From an uncultured Akkermansia sp. (GTDB taxonomy: Bacteria; Verrucomicrobiota; Verrucomicrobiia; Verrucomicrobiales; Akkermansiaceae), in contig CAZGGR010000004.1 in the NCBI GenBank assembly GCA_964525305.1, positions 37,684 to 101,683 on the forward strand: a DNA stretch of 64,000 bases, given 5' to 3'. The notes under the pieces were generated by a model, which was not told where the DNA came from, did no database searches, and was given only the letters and a program-made list of their open reading frames with translations. This document shows positions 1-9,419 of the stretch, one piece after another; positions within the stretch are counted from its first letter, which is position 1; the number at the start of each line of letters is the position of its first letter. The translations under genes were made by a program, and so were the position numbers.

Positions 1-95
1 CCCTGCTATCCCACCATTAGATCAACAGGGGAAGCATTCATCAAACAACAGCTTTCCTCTTCTCTTCCGGAGGAGAGGAGGCTAACAGGGGCTTT

Positions 96-2183
96 CTAAT
101 GCGGCGTGTGCGGTTCCAGCATCTGTTGGCGTTCACGCTCTTTATCTTTCGCTAAACGACGAGCTTCCTTAGTCAAATACTGTTGCAAGCGGAACGCTTT
201 TTGTCCTTTTTTTCGGACGACATGTTCAGACGTTCCATTTGGAAGGATATTACACGCTTGAACGTTGTCTTTAAAACAAGCGTCCAAAATAGACTTTAAA
301 CGCCGAGCTAACTTACTGTCAGTAACAGGCACCATAAGCTCCACTCTTTTATCCAGATTACGGGACATCCAATCTGCACTGGCAATAAAAATCTGATGAT
401 TGCCACCATGGCGGAAGAAGAAGATGCGGGCATGTTCCAGATAGCGATCCACAATGCTAACAACACGAATTACCTTTCCATTAGGACGAGGCCCTGTCTT
501 CAAACAACAAATACCACGAACATTCAGTTCAATATCCACTCCGGCATCAGCAGCCTTATACAAAGCATCAATAATTTCCACATCCTGAAGGCTATTCATC
601 TTAGCAGATATACGAGCAGGTTCACCCTGTCGCGCGCGCTCAGCCTCTCCTTCAATAAGCTCAATCAACCTCGCTTTCATCAAAGCAGGAGAAGGATACA
701 ACTTGCGAAAACGCATCAGTTTCGTACGCCCTGTTACGGAATTGAAAAATTGAGAAGCATCCGCTCCTAACTGATCATCACAAGTCAGGTAAGAAATATC
801 CGTGTAAATCTTGGCCGTGGTTTCATTATAATTTCCGGTGCCGAAATGGCAATAACGGCGCAACATTCCCTGTTCACGGCGCACAACCAAACAAATCTTG
901 GCATGAGTTTTCAAGCCCTTCACACCATAAACCACCTGTACACCAGAACGCTGAAGCTCCTCGGCCTTTTCCAGATTTCGAGCTTCATCAAAACGGGCTT
1001 TCAGCTCAACTAAAGCCGTCACCTGTTTACCACTTTCTGCCGCTTTTTTCAGAGCAGCCACGATGCGAGAGTTTTTGGCAGTACGATACAAAACCTGCTT
1101 AATGGCAATGACGTTCGGATCTTCAGCAGCTTCTTCGACCAAACGTAAGACGGGTTCAAAACTCTCATAAGGATGATTTAGCAAAATATCCCCGGCCGCT
1201 ATATTGTCAAAAATACTATCAGCCAAATCCACAGCAGGAGATGGCTGAGGAGACCACTGCTCTACCTTCAACTGGTCATTACCAGGAGCAAACGCCATCT
1301 CCATAAAGTCGGAAAGCATCAAAGGTCCTTTAAGGTCATATGTTTCTTCCTTCCCGGCTCCAATAATTTGCATGATTTTGTCATGTAATGGGGCAGGACA
1401 AGAAGATTCAATTTCCAATCTGACGCACTCAGAAAACTTTCTGGCGGCAAGAACCTCTTCCATCTCGTCAGCCAAATCCAGAGCGTCCTCTTCCTGCACA
1501 GCGATATCGCCATTACGCGTCACACGGAACACCGCAGCCGAAAGAACGGTTTCACCCGGGAAAACGGTTCCGATAAACTCTCTGAGCAAATCTTCCAACA
1601 TGACGTATCGTTCCGTTTCAGCAGAGGGAACAGGAACACGCCGAGGCAACCCATCCGGCAAAGCCACCACAGCAGAACGAAAATCGCCCGTTTCATTATC
1701 CCGTAATTCGACGCCCATTAATAATTTGAGAGAAGGCAAAACAGGAACCTCCGGAGCCTCCATGTCCAACGGAGTCAGCAAAGGGAAGACCTGATTGTTA
1801 AAATACTGCTCCAGAGACAGGCGCTGAGATGTACTAAGCTCCTCCATCGACAAGGGGTTAATCCCGTTGATTTCCATCCATGGTAAAATCTCTTCATGAA
1901 ATAAGTGGTATTGTGCCTCTATCATCTGCCCCACACGGGTACGAATAGCCTTAAGCTGGCGAGTCGGAGTCATGCCGGATATATCTTTTACCCGAGAACC
2001 GGAATGCCGCAACATCTGCAACCCTCCTACACGCACCATAAAAAACTCATCCAAATTGGAAGCGGTAATAGCCAAAAACTTAAGCCTCTCCAAAAGAGGT
2101 AAATCCGTTCTTACAGCCTGATCTAACACACGCTGATTGAATTCCAGCCAAGAAAGTTCTCTGTTAATATATTCGTTAGACAT
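96..2183 (-). CDS. ppk1: polyphosphate kinase 1
   Basis: From ORF 96..2270(-). The N-terminus YINRELSWLEFNQRVLDQA matches the PPK1 N-domain, and there are PLD-like regions (KTHAKICLVVRRE). I moved the start to the ATG at 2183 (MSNEY...). The longer ORF would run into the ppx stop at 2215. Confidence 0.93.
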   Translation of the reverse strand: MSNEYINRELSWLEFNQRVLDQAVRTDLPLLERLKFLAITASNLDEFFMVRVGGLQMLRHSGSRVKDISGMTPTRQLKAIRTRVGQMIEAQYHLFHEEILPWMEINGINPLSMEELSTSQRLSLEQYFNNQVFPLLTPLDMEAPEVPVLPSLKLLMGVELRDNETGDFRSAVVALPDGLPRRVPVPSAETERYVMLEDLLREFIGTVFPGETVLSAAVFRVTRNGDIAVQEEDALDLADEMEEVLAARKFSECVRLEIESSCPAPLHDKIMQIIGAGKEETYDLKGPLMLSDFMEMAFAPGNDQLKVEQWSPQPSPAVDLADSIFDNIAAGDILLNHPYESFEPVLRLVEEAAEDPNVIAIKQVLYRTAKNSRIVAALKKAAESGKQVTALVELKARFDEARNLEKAEELQRSGVQVVYGVKGLKTHAKICLVVRREQGMLRRYCHFGTGNYNETTAKIYTDISYLTCDDQLGADASQFFNSVTGRTKLMRFRKLYPSPALMKARLIELIEGEAERARQGEPARISAKMNSLQDVEIIDALYKAADAGVDIELNVRGICCLKTGPRPNGKVIRVVSIVDRYLEHARIFFFRHGGNHQIFIASADWMSRNLDKRVELMVPVTDSKLARRLKSILDACFKDNVQACNILPNGTSEHVVRKKGQKAFRLQQYLTKEARRLAKDKERERQQMLEPHTPH

Positions 2184-2214
2184 GTGGAAATAAAAGGAAG
2201 AAGTTTTTATGAGA

Positions 2215-3771
2215 TTAACGCTGAGGAGCCAATACAACATCATAACCGAAGATGTCCGCAAAGAGGTCACCCTTTAACCGCAAAGCCAAGTCCTCCACAG
2301 CGGTTTCACGCACCCCCTGCAACTCCAACTCCAGCATACGACCACGTATATGAGCCCTAATACCATTTACACGTTGAGCATGACCTCGCTCTAAAGCATC
2401 AGCCACGCGCAGAATAGCCGCCATCTTGGCCACACGCATACGGTCTGTTAATTCCAGTTCTCCATACATGGGATCGGAATTCGAAGGGACTTCATGCCTG
2501 TGATATCTAGCCAACAAAGCAATCATTTCCACATCATCTCGCGAAAGACCGAAGATTTCACTATTCAGGATGATATACTGGGAATGGAGCTGATGATTCT
2601 GCTGATTAATAAAAGAGCCCACCTCATGGAGAATAGAAGCCACTTCCAACAACAAGCGATCATGAGAAGAAAGGCGGTGCAACTCCTGAAGTTGGTCAAA
2701 CATAGCCATGCATAATCGGGCTACATGCTCACGATGGCCTTTATCGGCCTTATATCTATCTGCCAGGATTCCGGCAAAGTGAAGGACTTCTGAAGCCAAA
2801 TTACCCGGATTTCGCTCTGCCCGTATCAGACTACCGGAAAACTCTTCATCATAAACACCGGCTGGAATAATAACGTCACTCAGATTCAGACTGCGAGCCA
2901 TCATCTCTGTCATCAACACGGCAGGTAGCAGAGAATCAACCCCGGCAAAGTCAACCCCATAAACGTTCATTCGCTGTTCCATGGTTGTGCGGGACATTCG
3001 TTCTGCTTCCGAAGCTAAAGCAGAACACATCACCTTACCTTCAGGAGAAGGATTCAAACGTTCTCTAAGCTGCTGCATTTCCTGCCCAATAACAATAAGC
3101 CCCGCCAAATCTTTAACGCCACCGTAGTCCAAACAGATTTGATCTACTTGACCACGCATATGTTCCCTCAACAAGGAAAGTTCTGCAACCTCGTCTCCGT
3201 ACTCGATTTCTCCAACGGCCTCACCGGTTCTATGCGTACCCAAACGATAACACGAATAACGAACAATACGACCCTTCTGGAATAAAAGGACACGGGTATT
3301 CCCCGGCCCCGTATGTACCACTAAAACGTTTTTTTTACTAACGCCCGGATATCTGGACAAGGCCTCCTGAACCTTCACGTAAATAAGTCGCGTCATTTTG
3401 CCATCGTCAATGCGTCTTCCCCGCAAACCGTGAGCAACATGCATACGATTGACAAACACATCCACATTACCGGCCTCAGAAATAATGTTGGAAATCATCA
3501 ACCGCACAGACAGCTTGGTTCCAGAGCCATACTCTTTAAGGATTTCCTGATAATCGCCGATAATTTGTACGCAGCGATCCATGGTGTGGCGGGAAATGCG
3601 ATGTGAACGGAAAATATCCCGAGCCATAGTTACAGGCTGTTGAAGGAAATCCAGCAGGCGTATTTTATCCTGTACAGTTTCCGCCACCATCAAACTCATC
3701 GAACTTGGACCCAGATAAATCACTGCCTGAGTTGATAATTCCGAATCCTGAACCTGAGTGCCTTGAATCAT
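2215..3771 (-). CDS. ppx: Ppx/GppA family exopolyphosphatase with C-terminal HD domain
   Basis: 518 aa. The N-half has a Ppx/GppA sugar-kinase-like fold. The C-half is HD-type (ILHEVGSFIN...LARYHRHE). It lies immediately upstream of ppk1 on the same strand. Confidence 0.88.
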   Translation of the reverse strand: MIQGTQVQDSELSTQAVIYLGPSSMSLMVAETVQDKIRLLDFLQQPVTMARDIFRSHRISRHTMDRCVQIIGDYQEILKEYGSGTKLSVRLMISNIISEAGNVDVFVNRMHVAHGLRGRRIDDGKMTRLIYVKVQEALSRYPGVSKKNVLVVHTGPGNTRVLLFQKGRIVRYSCYRLGTHRTGEAVGEIEYGDEVAELSLLREHMRGQVDQICLDYGGVKDLAGLIVIGQEMQQLRERLNPSPEGKVMCSALASEAERMSRTTMEQRMNVYGVDFAGVDSLLPAVLMTEMMARSLNLSDVIIPAGVYDEEFSGSLIRAERNPGNLASEVLHFAGILADRYKADKGHREHVARLCMAMFDQLQELHRLSSHDRLLLEVASILHEVGSFINQQNHQLHSQYIILNSEIFGLSRDDVEMIALLARYHRHEVPSNSDPMYGELELTDRMRVAKMAAILRVADALERGHAQRVNGIRAHIRGRMLELELQGVRETAVEDLALRLKGDLFADIFGYDVVLAPQR

Positions 3772-4123
3772 ATCCTTACCATATCATGTTTTTCCAGCCA
3801 CAAACAAGGGCGACCCAAAAAACTAAAAGAACCCGCCCTTTTTTGCAAATGGCAGAATACGAGATTTATTCAGTAACGGCAAGAGATAAGCGTGGCTCCA
3901 TTTTAGGAGACATGAAACAGCTATTTCACATTCGACTTCTGTATGCACCCAACAAAGGGCCCCATTTGGGTAACCATCGTTTTATACAGAAAAAAGCCCC
4001 GCCAATACAGCAAAAATACATGGATCGAGATAGAGCCAGAAAATATTCTATTCCAACCCCATTCAGGGAATCTATCCACTTATCAGTGACATCATTCCCC
4101 CCTCGGCTCAACAAATATTTTGC

Positions 4124-4921
4124 TTATAAAGGAGCAATGCCCAGCTGTTCCGGCAAAGCAATGCGGGGACGATCTGTTACAATCAATGGAGCTCCATCCG
4201 TCACAATCACCGTATGCTCAAAATGCGCAGAAGGCTTCCCATCTGCCGTAATAACAGTCCATCCATCATCTAAAATCTTCACCGAAGGTCTTCCGGCATT
4301 CACCATCGGCTCAATAGCCAAAGCCATCCCTTTTTTCAGACGAGGCAACTTATAATGCGGACGATAATTAGGCACCTGAGGTTCTTCATGCAAATGACGT
4401 CCTATACCGTGCCCGACAAAGTCTCTCACAACGGTAAAACCGCGCGGACGGACAAAGCCTTCTACCGCAGCACAAACATCTGCCAGTAAAGCTCCGGGTC
4501 TCACGAGTTCAATTGCCCGGAAAAGAGATTCTTCCGTCACAGCTAACAAACGCAACTTTTCAGGATCCACCATCCCAACCGGCACAGTCATTGCATTATC
4601 ACCATACCAGCCATCGACAACGGCTCCCACATCGAGACTTACGATATCACCATTCTCAATGCGCCGTGGTCCGGCACTACCATGAACCACTACCTCATTA
4701 ATTGAAATACAAAGCTGGCCGGGAAAGCCCCGATATTGATAAAAAGCATTACCAACCTTGTGCTTTTTAAAAATCTCACGGGCGATATCATCAATTTCGC
4801 GCGTTGTACGCCCCACTTGGACTTCAGCCCCGATCTCCATCAAAATTTCTGCCGTTACAGCTCCGGCCTTCTGCATTTTAGCAATTTCACCCGGAGACTT
4901 GAGATGGATTCGTTCTGCCAT
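4124..4921 (-). CDS. map: type I methionine aminopeptidase
   Basis: 265 aa with the metal-ligand motif series FPGQLCISINEVVVHG, DVGAVVDGWYGD, GHGIG, LAIEPM and EHT. It follows adk, as in spc-type clusters. Confidence 0.95.
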   Translation of the reverse strand: MAERIHLKSPGEIAKMQKAGAVTAEILMEIGAEVQVGRTTREIDDIAREIFKKHKVGNAFYQYRGFPGQLCISINEVVVHGSAGPRRIENGDIVSLDVGAVVDGWYGDNAMTVPVGMVDPEKLRLLAVTEESLFRAIELVRPGALLADVCAAVEGFVRPRGFTVVRDFVGHGIGRHLHEEPQVPNYRPHYKLPRLKKGMALAIEPMVNAGRPSVKILDDGWTVITADGKPSAHFEHTVIVTDGAPLIVTDRPRIALPEQLGIAPL

Positions 4922-4935
4922 AAAGAACCTTCTTT

Positions 4936-5586
4936 CTATTGACGATATTCTTCCAGCTTACGAGCCAAATCCTGGGAAACAGCAGCGGGATCGCGTTCTT
5001 CCGACACCGTCATTTTGACAACCAAGCCACGGGATTCATAATATCTGGCAACCGGCAAAGTCATAGCTTCGAAGTCTTTCCACCGACGAGCGAAAGCCTC
5101 CATATTATCATCCTTGCGAGAAACCATGGTGCCACCGCATTTAGCACACGTTTCATCCGGAGTCTGAACCACATAACCGCATGTAGAACATTCTCTACGG
5201 CGAGTAATACGTTGTTCTATCAGTTCTTTAGAAACATCCATCCAAACAACAGCATCCACAGACATTCCACGCTGGCTTAAGAAATGGTCCAAAGCTTCAG
5301 CCTGAGCCACCGTACGGGGATAACCATCCAACAACCATGCATCATGACCCGACTCCGAGAGCCAGCCACGCACCATATCATTCACAATCTCATCCGGAAC
5401 CAACATGGCTTTATCCATATAGCTAAGGGCTTTTTTACCCAGTTCCGTGCAAGATTCCACTTCTCGCCGCAACAGAGAACCCGTGCTCAAAGATTTAAGA
5501 CCGAAAGTTTCGGCCAAAAAACGACCCTGGGTCCCTTTGCCGGATGCGGGAGCCCCAACCAAGATGAAATGCTTGAGTTCCTTCAT
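4936..5586 (-). CDS. adk: adenylate kinase (zinc-lid type)
   Basis: P-loop GAPASGKGTQ and a lid with CSTCG...CAKCGG. The start is set at the ATG at 5586 (MKELKHFILVG). The 30-codon upstream extension of ORF 4936..5676 overlaps the secY 3' end. Confidence 0.94.
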   Translation of the reverse strand: MKELKHFILVGAPASGKGTQGRFLAETFGLKSLSTGSLLRREVESCTELGKKALSYMDKAMLVPDEIVNDMVRGWLSESGHDAWLLDGYPRTVAQAEALDHFLSQRGMSVDAVVWMDVSKELIEQRITRRRECSTCGYVVQTPDETCAKCGGTMVSRKDDNMEAFARRWKDFEAMTLPVARYYESRGLVVKMTVSEERDPAAVSQDLARKLEEYRQ

Positions 5587-5615
5587 AACTTTAAGCGGGG
5601 ATAAAAGAAGATTCT

Positions 5616-7118
5616 TTAATGCATGGCATTGTAAGCAACAGCACCGGCCAAGACAAGAATAGCAATCACAATCCACATGACCGTTACCGTACGGCTACCG
5701 GCGGCAGCTCCGGTACCCTGAACGTGACTGTATTTTCCTTTAAGCTTACCCTTTTTCAAGAAGCCATCGTAATTACGAGAAAGCAACGTTGTTTCGACCT
5801 GACGCATCATATCCAGCAATACACCTACCAGAATAAGAAGGCTGGTACCGCCGAAGAACTGAGTGACCAAGTAAGGGATGCTACCACCGATGTTTAAGAG
5901 AGAGGGCAAGAAATAAATAAGGGTCAAGAATGTAGAACCGGCGAAAGTCAATCTCTGCATGGTCTGATCCAGGAAGATAGCAGTGGGGGGGCCGGGACGA
6001 ATACCGGGGATGTAACCGCCATTACGCTTCAAATCTTCTGCAATCTGAGAAGGCTGGAACATCGTTGCCACCCAAAAATAAGAGAAGAAAAAGATCATGA
6101 GCCCGGAGATGACATAATATCCGGAAGAAGCGGGGTTCAACCAATCGTTAGTCTTTGTAGCAATCCACTGCAAGGTGGAATTGTAATGAGCAATCTGAGA
6201 AAACAAGACCTGGGGCAGAGAAAGGATAGCCGTTGCAAAGATCACAGGCATCACACCGGAATAGTTAAGCTTCAGAGGCAGGTACTGCGTAGCACCATTA
6301 AACATCTTGTTACCCATAACCCGTTTAGCATACTGAACGGGAATACGGCGCTGTGCCTGCGTCACTGTTACAACAAGAGCTACTACAGCAATCAAGAAAG
6401 CGATCAGAGCCACAAGAAGCATAGCCCCCATAGGAACAACTGCGCCATCCTTATATACCAGAGTATTCCAAGCTAAAGTCACCGCACCCGGGAGTGCATG
6501 AATGATGTTAACAGAAATGATCAGGGAAACCCCATTACCCACACCGCGTTCCGTAATCTGATCACCTATCCACATCAGGAACATTGTTCCGGCCACCATA
6601 ATGAGCACCGTCATGAGAGCGAACTGCATACCGGGATCGATGACAAGCTGACAATCAGCAGGGATATTAAGACCTACAGCCTGCAGGCGTTCCGGATGTT
6701 CCAAAGTACCAACCAAGAACCAGCCTTGTACCAGAGCAATCACAATAGCAATAGCTCTCGTCCATTTAGTCATTTTCTGACGGCCACCTTCTTCTCTCAC
6801 CATCTTAGCCCACTGAGGAACAACAGCAGAAAGAAGCTGAGTCATGATGGAGGCAGAAATATAAGGCATTATACCCAAGGCAAAAATACCACATTGCTGC
6901 AAACCACCACCAGAAAAGATCGTTAATACGGTTGCCAGACCCGCTCCCGGGCCACTAGCATTTGTGGAGGCATCAATAACTTTAGTCAACTCCATCACGT
7001 CTATACCAGGCAGGGGGATCTGAACCCCCAGGCGGACGACGACAATCATCGCCAGTGTAAACAAAATCCGGCGCCGAAGCTCCGGTACTTTCATGGAGTT
7101 TGCAAATGCGGATATCAT
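5616..7118 (-). CDS. secY: preprotein translocase subunit SecY, with an unusual C-terminal extension
   Basis: 500 aa multi-pass membrane protein in the canonical position after rplO. SecY-type sequence is present (GIMPYISASI, GGYIPGIRPG). After the usual KKGKLKGKYS end there are 37 extra residues containing a hydrophobic helix. Confidence 0.94.
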   Translation of the reverse strand: MISAFANSMKVPELRRRILFTLAMIVVVRLGVQIPLPGIDVMELTKVIDASTNASGPGAGLATVLTIFSGGGLQQCGIFALGIMPYISASIMTQLLSAVVPQWAKMVREEGGRQKMTKWTRAIAIVIALVQGWFLVGTLEHPERLQAVGLNIPADCQLVIDPGMQFALMTVLIMVAGTMFLMWIGDQITERGVGNGVSLIISVNIIHALPGAVTLAWNTLVYKDGAVVPMGAMLLVALIAFLIAVVALVVTVTQAQRRIPVQYAKRVMGNKMFNGATQYLPLKLNYSGVMPVIFATAILSLPQVLFSQIAHYNSTLQWIATKTNDWLNPASSGYYVISGLMIFFFSYFWVATMFQPSQIAEDLKRNGGYIPGIRPGPPTAIFLDQTMQRLTFAGSTFLTLIYFLPSLLNIGGSIPYLVTQFFGGTSLLILVGVLLDMMRQVETTLLSRNYDGFLKKGKLKGKYSHVQGTGAAAGSRTVTVMWIVIAILVLAGAVAYNAMH

Positions 7119-7218
7119 TGGTCCAGTAATGTAAAAATTGGCGCGCAGCTAAACTTTAACCTATCACGGCCTTTAAACTCGGGGCATCCATGAGGGCCGA
7201 AACAGTAAACACAATGGA

Positions 7219-7251
7219 GCGAACCAGGTCAAGCTGCATGACCCGGTTCGC
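7219..7251 (-). promoter_or_regulatory. 13-bp stem hairpin in the rplO-secY spacer
   Basis: Minus-strand RNA is GCGAACCGGGUCA-UGCAGCU-UGACCUGGUUCGC, giving 13 pairs including one G-U. No U-tract follows. It sits in a 143-nt spacer that is normally very short. Confidence 0.45.
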
Positions 7252-7261
7252 CAAAATGTGG

Positions 7262-7720
7262 TTAGGCTTCGCTCAGAACGGTAATAGAACCGCCGGCCTG
7301 AGTCACCTTTTCACGAGCAGAAGCGCTCACAAAGTCCACGACAACATTCAAGCTCTTGGTCAGAGTTCCGTTACCAAGAAGCTTAACGGCATCGCAAGGA
7401 CCCTGGACGAGTTTTGCTGCACGGAGTGAGTTTTCATCAACCGTAGCTCCGGCTTCAAACACGCGTTCGAGCTGGGAGAGGTTGACAATAACGATTTTGT
7501 CTTGGAAGCGGGTGTTATTGAACCCCTTCTTAGGCAAACGACGATGAAGGGGCATCTGACCACCTTCAAAACCCGGACGAATAGTACCGCCGGAACGAGC
7601 CTTTTGACCCTTATTGCCTTTGCCACAGGTCTTACCAAGACCGGAGCTTTCCCCATTACCGAGGCGCTTCTTGCGGTGTTTGGCACCTGGATTGGGCTTA
7701 ATCGTATGAAGCTGTAACAT
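7262..7720 (-). CDS. rplO: 50S ribosomal protein L15
   Basis: MLQLHTIKPNPGAKHRKKRLGNG..GKTCGKGNKGQKARSGG is a typical L15 N-terminus. The start is set at the ATG at 7720 rather than the ORF start at 7756. Confidence 0.92.
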   Translation of the reverse strand: MLQLHTIKPNPGAKHRKKRLGNGESSGLGKTCGKGNKGQKARSGGTIRPGFEGGQMPLHRRLPKKGFNNTRFQDKIVIVNLSQLERVFEAGATVDENSLRAAKLVQGPCDAVKLLGNGTLTKSLNVVVDFVSASAREKVTQAGGSITVLSEA

Positions 7721-7782
7721 GTTATTTACAATGGTTGGATTTTGCGGAGGCAGCAACGCTATGTTACCGCCTCCTCATCAAA

Positions 7783-8445
7783 TTAGATAGCCTTTTCCTT
7801 CTTCTTACCGCGATCGGCAAGAACCTGGTCACTTGTACGCAGAGAAGCAAGAGCCTGCAAGGTAGCTTTCACCACGTTAGCGTGGTTGGAAGAGCCAAGA
7901 GACTTAGCAACAATATCACGTACACCAGCAGCTTCCAACACGGCACGGATGGTGTTACCGGCAATCAAGCCAGTACCGGGAGAAGCCGGCTTCAGAAGCA
8001 CCTTACCGCCACCGAATTCGGAGTAGACTTCATGAGGAATCGTGCCATTAGCGATAGCAACCGGACGAAGCTGACGCTTGGCGGATTCAGTAGCCTTACG
8101 AATGGCGTCAGCCACTTCATTAGCCTTACCGAAGCCGAAGCCGACGCGACCTTCCATATCGCCACTCACAACGAGAGCGGAGAAAGAAAAGCGACGACCA
8201 CCTTTAACAACCTTGGCGCAACGGTTGATGAAAACAACCTTTTCAGCAAGCTGAGGACCTTCTTCCACAGGAGCTTCGGCCTGGGAAGCGCGACGACCGT
8301 CACGACGGGGACCGCGAGGACCACGGCCATTCTGACCATCACGGCGAGAACCGCGAGAACCGCGGCCGCCCGTTGCGGGTTGCTGCGCTTGAGCAGAAGC
8401 AGTTGCCTCTGTAGCAGGAGCAGTGTTTTCCGTTTCGTTAATCAT
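7783..8445 (-). CDS. rpsE: 30S ribosomal protein S5 with an Arg/Gly-rich N-terminal extension
   Basis: The core [27 protein letters not shown]...GTGLIAG is S5. About 64 low-complexity residues precede it ([27 protein letters not shown]). Confidence 0.9.
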   Translation of the reverse strand: MINETENTAPATEATASAQAQQPATGGRGSRGSRRDGQNGRGPRGPRRDGRRASQAEAPVEEGPQLAEKVVFINRCAKVVKGGRRFSFSALVVSGDMEGRVGFGFGKANEVADAIRKATESAKRQLRPVAIANGTIPHEVYSEFGGGKVLLKPASPGTGLIAGNTIRAVLEAAGVRDIVAKSLGSSNHANVVKATLQALASLRTSDQVLADRGKKKEKAI

Positions 8446-8461
8446 TTAAAGAACCTTTCAA

Positions 8462-8824
8462 TTAGAATTTCAAACCTGTTTCACGGGCGGCGTCAGCCAG
8501 AGCTTTTACCTTACCGCAGAACTTGAAGCCACCACGGTCGAAAACGACTTCCGTGATGTTTGCGGCCTTCGCACGTTCACCAATCAAGGTACCGACTTTT
8601 ACGGCGGTAGCACAGTTAGCAAGTTTGGAAGGATCGGCAATAGAAGCATCGGCTGTAGAAGCGGAGCAGATAGTCTTGCCTACCGAATCGTCGATGATTT
8701 GAGCATAGACGTGACGGTTGGAGAAATAAACAGCCAAACGTGGACGGGAAGCCGTTCCAGCGAGCTTTCTGCGAATGCGGCGATGTACCTTGGCGCGGAT
8801 GGCTTTGCGATTGATCGTACTCAT
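8462..8824 (-). CDS. rplR: 50S ribosomal protein L18
   Basis: 120 aa. RPRLAVYFSNRHVYAQIIDD...FDRGGFKFCGKVKALADAARE is L18-typical, and the gene lies between rplF and rpsE. Confidence 0.95.
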   Translation of the reverse strand: MSTINRKAIRAKVHRRIRRKLAGTASRPRLAVYFSNRHVYAQIIDDSVGKTICSASTADASIADPSKLANCATAVKVGTLIGERAKAANITEVVFDRGGFKFCGKVKALADAARETGLKF

Positions 8825-8859
8825 CGTGTGTAAATATGTTGTAATAGTTATTACCTGAA

Positions 8860-9399
8860 TTACTTACCGACGCTCTTGCCTTCCTTGCGGCGGATAACTT
8901 CACCAGCGAAGCGCACTCCCTTGCCCTTGTAAGGTTCCGGGGGATAGTACGCGCGGACTTCAGCGGCAAACTGGCCTACGACCTGCTTGTCGATACCTTC
9001 AACCGTCAGTTTCGTATTTTCAGTGACGGTTACTTTAAGACCTTCCGGGATCACCTGGTTGATCGGGTGGGATTTACCCAGGTTCAGATCCAGGATGTTG
9101 CCCTTAACGGCGGCACGGAAACCAACGCCGACGATTTCGAGGTTCTTAACAAAGCCTTCGGAAACACCGATGACCATGTTGTTCAACAGGGAACGGTTTG
9201 TACCATGCAAAGCACGAAGCTGACGGCTTTCACCGGCACGGTCAACAGAAAGCTGATTGCCTTCAACGGTAGCGGTAATACCTTCCGGGAGAGTCCAGGA
9301 AAGCTTACCTTTGGGGCCTTCCACCTGAACGGAAGAGCCGTTAACCTTTACCGTTACCTTGTCCGGCAATGTGATGGATTTTTTACCAACTCGGGACAT
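8860..9399 (-). CDS. rplF: 50S ribosomal protein L6
   Basis: 179 aa. MSRVGKKSITLPDKVTVKV... and the C-terminal YYPPEPYKGKGVRFAGE are L6-typical. Confidence 0.95.
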   Translation of the reverse strand: MSRVGKKSITLPDKVTVKVNGSSVQVEGPKGKLSWTLPEGITATVEGNQLSVDRAGESRQLRALHGTNRSLLNNMVIGVSEGFVKNLEIVGVGFRAAVKGNILDLNLGKSHPINQVIPEGLKVTVTENTKLTVEGIDKQVVGQFAAEVRAYYPPEPYKGKGVRFAGEVIRRKEGKSVGK

Positions 9400-9419
9400 A
9401 TTTTAGGAAATGTTAATGG

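Noticed and set aside
55-90. A pyrimidine/purine hairpin CCTCTTCTCTTCC-GGAGGAGAGGAGG just beyond the ppk1 stop.
   Set aside because: On the ppk1 (minus) strand it has two C-A mismatches and no U-tract. It pairs fully only on the plus strand, where no gene can be defined this close to the window edge. I cannot assign a function.
396-1794. Plus-strand ORFs at 396..770 and 1372..1794 inside ppk1.
   Set aside because: They are antisense to a full-length, motif-rich PPK1 and have no motifs of their own.
3705-4355. A 216-aa plus-strand ORF spanning the ppx start, the spacer and the map 3' end.
   Set aside because: It overlaps two well-supported minus-strand genes, and its translation has no recognisable family features.
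7735-8526. A 263-aa plus-strand ORF antisense to rpsE and rplR. Similar long antisense ORFs occur at 9067..9615 and 9849..10400 over rplF, rpsH and rplE.
   Set aside because: These are shadow ORFs in GC-rich, stop-poor ribosomal protein genes. Their translations are low-complexity (R/T/S/A-rich) and lack motifs, while the opposite strand encodes unmistakable ribosomal proteins.
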